Of a stretch of DNA of 44,888 nucleotides, positions 29,558 to 37,205 are shown in pieces. Made by a program: the position numbers and the translations under genes. Origin of the DNA: a virus. Its lineage: Duplodnaviria > Caudoviricetes. Position 1 is the first letter of the stretch; every line of letters starts with the position of its first letter. Below the pieces are notes generated by a model. That model searched no databases and had not been told where the DNA came from. It saw nothing but the letters and a program-made list of their open reading frames with translations. The stretch is from positions 1 to 44,888 of IMG/VR virus record IMGVR_UViG_3300044676_004725; one strand, 5' to 3'.

Positions 29558-31450
29558 ATGTCTAAGGATTTGCCTTCCATTGACGATTTTGCTGAAGATA
29601 ACAGCAACTTACCATCTATTAATGATTATCTCACAGAAGAGAATGCAGAGGAACTCCCTTCTGTTGAAGATTTTATTGAGAAAGAAGAAGAGATATTAAC
29701 TGAATCAACGCAAACTATTGAAGACGCAGATGGTAATAGTTTTGCGGAAGTAAAAGATATAGTTCCACCTTGGCCAGAATTGGTCAAAATGGTTAATGAT
29801 ATCAGAGCAGATATTCCTGATATTCCTGAAATCAAATATTATGACAAAGAACTTGAGGAACTTGCAGAGCAAATTAGCAACCTTCCAGAAGTAAGGTATT
29901 ATGATAGAGAAGTAGAGGCAATATGTGATCAGGTAGATCTTGTAAGAGAACAGATCAAAGGTCTACCTGAAGTCAAGTATTATGATGAGCAAGTTGATGC
30001 TATCGAAGATAGAATTGATAATCTTCAAACTGAGGTAGCAAATTTACCAGAGGTCAAATATTATGACTCTGAGATTGAGGCAATCTGTGAGGCAATCGAT
30101 GCAGTAAAAGCATCTATTCCCAAGTTTCCTAGTTGGGTAAACGAAGTCAATGAAGTCCCAGATTTTTCATGGATTGGTAAGACCTTTAGTGTTATTGATG
30201 ATGATTTTGTAAAAGTTAATGACACTATTGAGGGTTTAAGAGGTAAGGTTCAGTTTGATCTTGAACAACTATCAGAAGATGTTGAAACAAAACATTTTAA
30301 TAGTACCATCAAGATTGATTCTGATATCAAAGATCTTGACGACAAATTAAATGTTCGTATAAAAGAAGAAAAGGATAAGATTTGGAAAGAACTTCGTGAC
30401 TCTTCCATGAAGATATGGGAGTATCACAAAGAGTTTAAAGATGATGATCGTAAGTTAAAGAAGCAAATTCTTGGTGAATATAATAAGTTAAAGCAAAGTA
30501 TTAAAGACGAACTTAAAGAAGTAAGTCAGGAAAGTGTCAAAACTGATGAACTTCTTCTTAAGTATTTTACTGAACTAAGAGAAGAGATTACAAATCTTCC
30601 TGAAATAAAATATTATGATAAAGATATTGATTATGTAAAATCGGATATCAAAGGTCTTTATAAAATTGTTGAGGATATCAAATCCTTTCAGAAAAAACTA
30701 CAAGAAGAACAGCAATTATTAGCAGAGACTAATGTTCCTCTTGGAGAGGATCCACCAGAAACTAATAATCCAGATCCACTCACACCTTTAAATCAAAATT
30801 TCGTAACTCTTGATCAACTCCAAAAACATTACAAGATATTTGTAGAGAGAGTTCAGTACCAACTTGCATCAATCGGTGGTGGTGGTGCTGGGTTTATTAG
30901 AGATCTTGATGACGTAACCTTTGATGAATCAACGGGCACCAATAAACTTTTAATTTATAATGGAACTAAATGGGTTGGTATTGCTAGCACATCATTAAGT
31001 GGATCAACAGCTCTAGTCGATTTGACAGATGTTGATACATCTAATCTTGGTGATGGTAGATTTTTAAGATATGATGCATCATCAAGTGAGTTTACTTTTG
31101 CTCCGGTTTCCGCAACCAACTTAGAACTTATTGCAGGAGATATTCAGTCGGGTATTTTAACTACTACATCAACTGATGCAGCAACTGTAATGTCAATAAG
31201 TGCTTCGACTTATAGATCTGCACAATTTCAAATTCAGGCAGTTGAAGGGTCTAACTATAATATGACTACTATCAATATTATACATGATGGTAGTGACACA
31301 TATATGACAGAATATGGAACTATAAACCAACCTGTAGGTATAGCAACTTTTGCTTCTGATATTAGTGGAGGATCTTTAAGATTACTTGGATATCCAGCAT
31401 CTACAAATTCAACAACATTTAAAGTAGTCTTTACTGCACTGGAAGTATGA
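29558..31450 (+). CDS. Segmented coiled-coil protein with C-terminal fibre-type beta domain (630 aa), putative virion fibre/whisker
   Basis: Acidic N-terminus with 3x LPS[IV]xD[FY] and 5x [LI]PE[IV][KR]YYD repeats in heptad-rich sequence. These are followed by a LASIGGGGAG hinge, LDDV/LTDVD fibre motifs and a YRSA...IIHDG..Y..EYG beta domain. Confidence 0.7.
   Translation: MSKDLPSIDDFAEDNSNLPSINDYLTEENAEELPSVEDFIEKEEEILTESTQTIEDADGNSFAEVKDIVPPWPELVKMVNDIRADIPDIPEIKYYDKELEELAEQISNLPEVRYYDREVEAICDQVDLVREQIKGLPEVKYYDEQVDAIEDRIDNLQTEVANLPEVKYYDSEIEAICEAIDAVKASIPKFPSWVNEVNEVPDFSWIGKTFSVIDDDFVKVNDTIEGLRGKVQFDLEQLSEDVETKHFNSTIKIDSDIKDLDDKLNVRIKEEKDKIWKELRDSSMKIWEYHKEFKDDDRKLKKQILGEYNKLKQSIKDELKEVSQESVKTDELLLKYFTELREEITNLPEIKYYDKDIDYVKSDIKGLYKIVEDIKSFQKKLQEEQQLLAETNVPLGEDPPETNNPDPLTPLNQNFVTLDQLQKHYKIFVERVQYQLASIGGGGAGFIRDLDDVTFDESTGTNKLLIYNGTKWVGIASTSLSGSTALVDLTDVDTSNLGDGRFLRYDASSSEFTFAPVSATNLELIAGDIQSGILTTTSTDAATVMSISASTYRSAQFQIQAVEGSNYNMTTINIIHDGSDTYMTEYGTINQPVGIATFASDISGGSLRLLGYPASTNSTTFKVVFTALEV
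29822..30120 (+). repeat. Tandem coding repeat [LI]PE[IV][KR]YYD, units at 29822, 29882, 29963 and 30044 (spacing 60/81/81 nt), with a fifth copy at 30596
   Basis: Read directly from the protein and DNA (cc-gaa-gt-aa-tattatga). Confidence 0.9.
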
Positions 31451-31602
31451 AAACTTTTAAACAATTTCAAGAGTCTTGGTCTAATAAATATAAAAAGAGT
31501 ATTGACTGTTCAAATCCTAAGGGATTCTCTCAGAAAGCACACTGTGCTGGACGTAAAAAAAGAGCAGCAGGTGGACAAACTAAATCTAAACCAGTTGAAT
31601 GA
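31447..31602 (+). CDS. Small basic protein (51 aa) with capsid-targeting-sequence-like N-terminus
   Basis: Translated by hand: MKTFKQFQESWSNKYKKSIDCSNPKGFSQKAHCAGRKKRAAGGQTKSKPVE*. ATGA overlaps on both sides. Not in the ORF track. Confidence 0.85.
   Translation: MKTFKQFQESWSNKYKKSIDCSNPKGFSQKAHCAGRKKRAAGGQTKSKPVE
31483..31490 (+). promoter_or_regulatory. Candidate late promoter (AATAAATA) inside the 51 aa ORF, upstream of the 684 aa modular protein
   Basis: Consensus match about 108 nt before ATG 31599. It is intragenic, so it could be coincidental (encodes N-K-Y). Confidence 0.4.
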
Positions 31603-33653
31603 AAAACGGACGTTGCCCAGCAGGTCAATATTACTGCTATACCAATAAGGAATGTAGACCCATTCCTAAAGGTTTTATGGTGGATCCTGAGGGTATGCTC
31701 CGTAAAGAAAATGGTGCTACTGTTGATGAATCTAAAAAAATCAAGAGCATCGTAAAACAACTTAGAAAGTCTGTCAAAATGCACAAAGCACAGGCAGACT
31801 ATCTTGAAAAAATGGATGAAGCAAATAAAAGTGGAGATTCTTCTCTACGTGATTGGTTTAGTAAAAGTAAGTCATCTGACAGAAAACCTGGTTGGGTTCA
31901 ACTGGGTGGTAAATATGCTGGCAAACCTTGTGCTAAGCAACCAGGTCAAACCACAAAACCAAAATGTGGTTCCAGTAAGATGAAACGTGCTCTCTCTAAA
32001 GATGAGGAGGAAGCAGCATTCCGTCGTAAAAATCGTCAAGATCCAAATCCAAACAGAAAGGGGAAAGCAATTAACGTGGCAACTGAAGAGTCTAAAAAAG
32101 ATCATGAATACTCCATGGCACGTTCTGAGTTAAAAACTGTCAAAAATGCTGCAAAAAGATTGGAGAAGAAAATGGGTAAGAAAGGGGAAGGGAACCTTGA
32201 AGCTTGGGTTCAATCTAAAATCACAAAAGCAGCAGATTATATTGATACTGCAGCAGATTATGTAACTAATGAAGAGTTTGTAACTCTTCCACTGCAGATT
32301 GAAGTTCCCAATAATATTAGAGACTTCAATCTTGGATTGATGTTCCGTGAAAGTTTGGATCAAAATAGTGGTATGCTTTTCATCTTTGATGAAGTAGCAG
32401 AACAGTCTTTTCATATGAGAGAGACAAGAATTCCTCTTGACATTGCTTTCATCACAGAGGAAGGTATCATTGAAAGCATTAAAGAATTAGAACCATTTGA
32501 TGAAACTGCTGTTGCTTCCGAAGGAGAGGTACTGTGTGCATTAGAAGTAAACCGTGGATGGTTCGCAGAAAACAATGTAGAAGTTGGTGACGAGATTGAC
32601 ATTGAAGAAGCAGCAGGAGAAAAAGACGCTTGCTATCAAAAAGTCAAGTCACGTTACTCAGTTTGGCCAAGTGCATATGCATCGGGAGCACTGGTCAAAT
32701 GTAGAAAAGTTGGTGCAAAAAACTGGGGAAATAAAACGAAGAAGGAAGAATTTGAACTTGATGAAAAGTTTAGAACACAATATGGAGATAAAACTAAACT
32801 TTCTCAGTCATCTGAACGTAAATCTTTAGGTAGAGGATCTTCCATTAAGGATAGTTCTAAGAAGAGTGGTTACGAATCAAAAAAAGAATTTCGTGATCAG
32901 TCAATGAAGTTAAGAAAACATCGTGAAAGATTTGGTGACTTGGCAAAAGAAGAAACCACTCTTGATGAAAAATGTTGGAAAGGTTATGAGAAGAAGGGCA
33001 TGAAGACCATGTTCGGTAAGAGATATCCCAACTGCGTCAAAAAAGAAGCAGTTGAGTGTAATCATACTGATAATGGAGTTGAGTGCCCAATTCATGGAAT
33101 GTCACCATGTAAGTCTGCCCCAAAAGGTGGAGATGGTGGTAAACCAGGTCCTGACAAAAACTATATAAAACCAATGGGTGAATCTGTAAATGAGGCAGTA
33201 AGAATTCCTGCTAGAACTGGTAATATTGTTGATACTTATTTCAACTACAGAGGTAAGTATTATGCTTTAAAGATGTTCTTCCCTCAAACTTCTATTCCCA
33301 GAAGATCTGATGTTCAAGATCAAGTTTCTAAAGTATATCCCGGTGCGAGACTATTAACTTTCAAGGTTTCGGACTATGAACCAGGACAACCACTCCTTCA
33401 TGTCGAAGGAGCAGCATGGACTAGGAAATCAGGAAAAAACAAAGAGGGTGGACTCAACGAAAAAGGCAGAAAGTCTTACGAAAGAGAAAATCCAGGCAGC
33501 GACCTTAAGGCACCTTCAAAGAAGGTTGGAAATCCCCGCAGGGCATCCTTTTGCGCCAGAATGAAAGGTATGAAGAAAAAACTCACTTCTTCTAAAACTG
33601 CAAACGATCCCGATAGCAGAATCAATAAGTCCCTTAGATCTTGGAATTGCTGA
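31599..33653 (+). CDS. Modular 684 aa protein containing a DUF192 domain (about aa 230-335) and a DUF6321-like C-terminal module; putative processed polyprotein
   Basis: GLMFRESL...GMLF.F......FHM.ET.IPLDIAFI...LEVN.GWF..N.V.VGD is DUF192. GGLN.KGR.SY...NPGSDLKAP...RRASFCARM.GM...DP.SRIN.SLR.WNC resembles DUF6321. Several Lys/Cys-rich mini-modules are separated by acidic linkers. Confidence 0.8.
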   Translation: MKNGRCPAGQYYCYTNKECRPIPKGFMVDPEGMLRKENGATVDESKKIKSIVKQLRKSVKMHKAQADYLEKMDEANKSGDSSLRDWFSKSKSSDRKPGWVQLGGKYAGKPCAKQPGQTTKPKCGSSKMKRALSKDEEEAAFRRKNRQDPNPNRKGKAINVATEESKKDHEYSMARSELKTVKNAAKRLEKKMGKKGEGNLEAWVQSKITKAADYIDTAADYVTNEEFVTLPLQIEVPNNIRDFNLGLMFRESLDQNSGMLFIFDEVAEQSFHMRETRIPLDIAFITEEGIIESIKELEPFDETAVASEGEVLCALEVNRGWFAENNVEVGDEIDIEEAAGEKDACYQKVKSRYSVWPSAYASGALVKCRKVGAKNWGNKTKKEEFELDEKFRTQYGDKTKLSQSSERKSLGRGSSIKDSSKKSGYESKKEFRDQSMKLRKHRERFGDLAKEETTLDEKCWKGYEKKGMKTMFGKRYPNCVKKEAVECNHTDNGVECPIHGMSPCKSAPKGGDGGKPGPDKNYIKPMGESVNEAVRIPARTGNIVDTYFNYRGKYYALKMFFPQTSIPRRSDVQDQVSKVYPGARLLTFKVSDYEPGQPLLHVEGAAWTRKSGKNKEGGLNEKGRKSYERENPGSDLKAPSKKVGNPRRASFCARMKGMKKKLTSSKTANDPDSRINKSLRSWNC

Positions 33654-33973
33654 TGAAAAACTTTAAACAATTTATGTCAGAGTCAGTCAATATCTCTGGC
33701 GACTTCAACGGAAACCTATACATCTCTCAAGATCAACAATCTCAAGAGGAAGTTGGTGAGAGTTATGTTGCCGACATAACTTGGCAAAATAGCATATATA
33801 GAATTGAGATGGTAACAAAGACTGGAATGCCATCAAAGCAGGAATTGGCTGAAAAACTTCAGAGTGAATATCCTGGTGCAATGGTACATAACATCTATCC
33901 AGTAGAAGAAAAGAACTTTAATATTAAAAACGCAAGGAGATATCAACCAGAAAGACTGACTTGGAGTGACTAA
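33653..33973 (+). CDS. Hypothetical protein (106 aa) with capsid-targeting-sequence-like N-terminus
   Basis: ATG at 33653 overlaps the upstream TGA (TGATG), giving MKNFKQFMSESVNISG...; this is preferred over the TTG start at 33641. Confidence 0.8.
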   Translation: MKNFKQFMSESVNISGDFNGNLYISQDQQSQEEVGESYVADITWQNSIYRIEMVTKTGMPSKQELAEKLQSEYPGAMVHNIYPVEEKNFNIKNARRYQPERLTWSD

Positions 33974-35247
33974 TGGCACAATGGAATAAAAATACACAAG
34001 ACTTCTTGAATCAAGAGAGAAGTCTTTTTGAAGTTTTCAACATCGCAGATCACTGGGGAAACCAGACTAACTGGAGACCTCAGTTTTCTGACAATAACAG
34101 ATTAAAGGTTGCTCCTTTCCAAACAGTTTTCTTCAATACCTTCCAGTATGGTAAGGAGACTGATGTATGGGATGAGAGTATAGTTGGAGTTGGAACTGCA
34201 ACTCACAATGTTAATGCTAGTAATGTGGTTATGGAAGTTGGTTCTACTGCTGGTAGTAAGGTTGTCAGGCAGACTAAACAGGTAATGAGATACATTCCTG
34301 GTAGACCAGCAACTCTTGCATTTGCAATTCGTCTAGAAGCACCACAAGTCGGTATTCGCAGAAGATTTGGATTGTTTAATGAGACTGATGGTGCTTTCTT
34401 TGAGGATGATGGTGGCACATATTCTTATGTAATTCGCAGCAGTGCAACTGGTATTACTACAGAAAAAAGAATAACCAGAGAAAACTGGAACGGTGAAAAG
34501 TTTGATGGTAATGGATATACTGGTGTAACTGCTGATGCTACAAAACAGCAGATGATTTCCATTAACTATGAATGGTATGGTGCAGGTGGTGTAACATTTA
34601 ATTGGTTAATGAAAAATGAGACTATTGTTAGCCATGAATTTGAGAACTCAAATGTCAATGATAGAGTTTGGTGTTCTACTCCATTTCTTCCAATTCGTTG
34701 TGAGATTGAGAATGTAACTGGTGTTGCTGGAACTCATTATCTCTATCAAGGTTCTAACTCTCTGATCCAAGAAGGTGAACCAGAAAAACTTGGTACTTTG
34801 TTGAGTGTCTCAGATGCCATCACTGGAAAAACGATGCCTCTCGCAAACACTTTCTATCCAATCATCAGTTTGCGTCTTAAGGCATCTGCACTTCAGGCAG
34901 TTATGTTACTGAGATCTCTACAGGCAGTAACGAACGATAACACGAATGTTTATTGGAGACTTTACCAGAACTCAACTTTGACTGGTGCGAGTTGGACAGA
35001 TCATCCAGATCCAAACTCCTTTATGCAATATGATACTACAGCAACTGCACTCACTGGAGGTCAAGCACTTCTCTCAGGATTTACGATTTCTGGTGGTGCC
35101 TCTCTGGTTGATGTTGATGATAAAGCAGCATTGCAACTTGGAAGATCTGGTATTGGAACAATCAGTGATACTTATACACTTGCTTGTGCAAGTCCTAATG
35201 CTAACAAAGCAGCACTTGCGGTTCTCAACTGGATTGAACAAAGATAA
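33973..35247 (+). CDS. Hypothetical beta-rich protein (424 aa), possibly virion-associated
   Basis: TAATG-coupled ORF with beta-strand-rich composition and motifs RYIPGR, RRRFGLF...DGAFFE, YEWYGAG and P.LPIRCEI. Function not recognised. Confidence 0.7.
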   Translation: MAQWNKNTQDFLNQERSLFEVFNIADHWGNQTNWRPQFSDNNRLKVAPFQTVFFNTFQYGKETDVWDESIVGVGTATHNVNASNVVMEVGSTAGSKVVRQTKQVMRYIPGRPATLAFAIRLEAPQVGIRRRFGLFNETDGAFFEDDGGTYSYVIRSSATGITTEKRITRENWNGEKFDGNGYTGVTADATKQQMISINYEWYGAGGVTFNWLMKNETIVSHEFENSNVNDRVWCSTPFLPIRCEIENVTGVAGTHYLYQGSNSLIQEGEPEKLGTLLSVSDAITGKTMPLANTFYPIISLRLKASALQAVMLLRSLQAVTNDNTNVYWRLYQNSTLTGASWTDHPDPNSFMQYDTTATALTGGQALLSGFTISGGASLVDVDDKAALQLGRSGIGTISDTYTLACASPNANKAALAVLNWIEQR

Positions 35248-35249
35248 TT

Positions 35250-36902
35250 ATGTCTGATAATGTATATCTTGGTAATCCAAATCTAAAAAAAGCAAATACT
35301 GCTATTGAGTTTACTCAAGAACAAGTTCTTGAGTTTATGAAATGCAAAGAAGATCCTGTCTATTTTGCTAATAATTATGTGAAGATTGTTTCTCTTGATG
35401 AGGGATTGACACAGTTTCATCCCTATCACTTTCAAGAAAAATTAATTAATAACTTCCATGAAAATAGATTCAATATCTGCAAGATGCCTCGTCAGACAGG
35501 CAAATCTACAACTGTCGTATCTTACCTGCTCCACTATGCAGTTTTTAACGATAGTGTTAATATTGGCATCCTCGCTAACAAAGCAGCAACGGCAAGAGAA
35601 CTCCTTGGCAGGTTACAAACTGCATACGAAAACTTGCCCAAGTGGATGCAACAGGGTATCATATCATGGAACAAAGGATCTCTGGAATTAGAAAATGGCA
35701 GTAAGATATTGGCAGCATCTACGTCTGCAAGTGCTGTCCGAGGTATGTCATTCAACATCCTCTTTCTCGACGAGTTCGCATTCGTCCCGAATCACGTTGC
35801 TGACTCGTTCTTTGCATCTGTTTATCCTACTATTACTTCTGGTAAAAACACCAAAGTAATTATCGTATCTACTCCACATGGTATGAATCATTTCTACCGT
35901 ATGTGGCATGATGCTGAGAAGAAAAAGAATGAATATGTTCCAACTGATGTTCACTGGTCAGAAGTTCCAGGAAGAGATTTAAAGTGGAAAGAAACTACAA
36001 TTGCGAATACTTCAGAACAACAGTTCAAGGTTGAGTTTGAGTGTGAGTTCCTAGGATCTGTTGATACACTCATTGCCCCCAGTAAATTAAGAACGTTAAT
36101 ATATGACAATCCAATCCAACAGAATGCTGGTTTAGATGTCTATGAGGATTCTAAGGACAATCATGATTATGTGATGACTGTTGACGTTGCTAGAGGGGTT
36201 GGAGAGGATTACTCTGCATTTGTTGTGGTAGACATTACTGAGTTTCCTCATAAGGTTGTTGCGAAATATAGAAATAATGATATCAAACCGATGTTGTTTC
36301 CAAACATCATATATGAAGTAGCAAAGAATTATAATAGTGCCTTTATCTTATGTGAGGTGAATGACATTGGAGATCAGGTTGCAAGTATTCTTCAGTATGA
36401 TCTTGAATATCAAAACTTGCTGATGTGTTCTATGAGAGGACGTGCTGGTCAAATCGTTGGTCAAGGATTTTCTGGTAAGAAGACACAACTGGGTGTCAAA
36501 ATGTCCAAAACTGTAAAGAAAGTTGGATCTCTCAACCTCAAAACCTTAATTGAAGAAAATAAGTTAATCTTCAATGACTATGAGATTATCTCCGAACTGA
36601 CTACTTTTATCTCAAAGCACAATTCATTTGAGGCAGAAGAAGGTTGTAATGATGACCTTGCAATGTGTCTTGTCATCTATGCCTGGTTGGTCCAGATGGA
36701 CTACTTCAAGGAGTTGACTGATCAGGATGTTCGTAAGAGATTATATGAAGAGCAAAAGAACCAAATTGAACAAGACATGGCACCGTTTGGTTTCTTAAAT
36801 GATGGTCTTGATAGTGATAGTTTTACAGACGATGATGGAGATACATGGTTTAAAACCGATGAATATGGTGATCGATCTTTCATGTGGGAGTATCTATCTT
36901 AA
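35250..36902 (+). CDS. gp17: Terminase large subunit gp17
   Basis: YLGNPNLK, Walker A PRQTGKST, Walker B ILFLDEFAF, motif III IVSTPHG and nuclease VDVARGVGEDYS ... DDLAMCL. Confidence 0.97.
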   Translation: MSDNVYLGNPNLKKANTAIEFTQEQVLEFMKCKEDPVYFANNYVKIVSLDEGLTQFHPYHFQEKLINNFHENRFNICKMPRQTGKSTTVVSYLLHYAVFNDSVNIGILANKAATARELLGRLQTAYENLPKWMQQGIISWNKGSLELENGSKILAASTSASAVRGMSFNILFLDEFAFVPNHVADSFFASVYPTITSGKNTKVIIVSTPHGMNHFYRMWHDAEKKKNEYVPTDVHWSEVPGRDLKWKETTIANTSEQQFKVEFECEFLGSVDTLIAPSKLRTLIYDNPIQQNAGLDVYEDSKDNHDYVMTVDVARGVGEDYSAFVVVDITEFPHKVVAKYRNNDIKPMLFPNIIYEVAKNYNSAFILCEVNDIGDQVASILQYDLEYQNLLMCSMRGRAGQIVGQGFSGKKTQLGVKMSKTVKKVGSLNLKTLIEENKLIFNDYEIISELTTFISKHNSFEAEEGCNDDLAMCLVIYAWLVQMDYFKELTDQDVRKRLYEEQKNQIEQDMAPFGFLNDGLDSDSFTDDDGDTWFKTDEYGDRSFMWEYLS

Positions 36903-37129
36903 TGGATTTAGACGGTCAAATAAAACTTGGGCATCTTCTTTTACAAGATAGGAAATGTAGAACTTGTGGTGAGATAAAAAATTTAGTAGAAGAATTTTAC
37001 AGAACTAGAAAAGATAGAGGTCCAGTAGCATCCTCATATTCATATGAATGTAAAGAGTGTACAATAACAAGAGTTGCACACAGGATGACGAACAGGGTTT
37101 TGGATAAGTGGGAATATCCAGATTGGTAA
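36902..37129 (+). CDS. Small zinc-ribbon protein (75 aa; CRTC...CKEC)
   Basis: ATG at 36902 overlaps the gp17 TAA. RKCRTCGEIK....FYR......Y.YECKEC resembles the Zn ribbon found N-terminal to phage EndoVII/HNH nucleases. Confidence 0.75.
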   Translation: MDLDGQIKLGHLLLQDRKCRTCGEIKNLVEEFYRTRKDRGPVASSYSYECKECTITRVAHRMTNRVLDKWEYPDW

Positions 37130-37165
37130 CTCACGTCATGTTTCCCCCGTGAAAACATGGGTTTT

Positions 37166-37173
37166 AATAAATA
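37166..37173 (+). promoter_or_regulatory. T4-type late promoter (AATAAATA) upstream of gp18
   Basis: Intergenic, followed by the SD GGAGA (37196-37200) and ATG 37206. Confidence 0.75.
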
Positions 37174-37205
37174 TTTTCAGATAAACTGAGATCACGGAGA
37201 AAAAA

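Noticed and set aside
29822-30120. Regularly spaced DNA repeats as a possible CRISPR-like array
   Set aside because: They are degenerate at third codon positions, in frame and encode the PEVKYYD protein repeat; no cas genes are present.
31550-31602. Programmed -1 frameshift at the A7 run (31555-31561) fusing the CTS-bearing 51 aa ORF to the 684 aa protein
   Set aside because: The -1 frame has stops at 31581, 31587 and 31596 before ATG 31599, so simple ATGA translational coupling is more parsimonious.
33641-33652. TTG start given by the ORF track for the gene ending at 33973
   Set aside because: ATG 33653 overlaps the upstream stop and yields the MKNFKQF leader matching ORF 31447.
36884-36901. 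GTG start for the zinc-ribbon ORF
   Set aside because: ATG 36902 in a TAATG overlap with the gp17 stop is more plausible.
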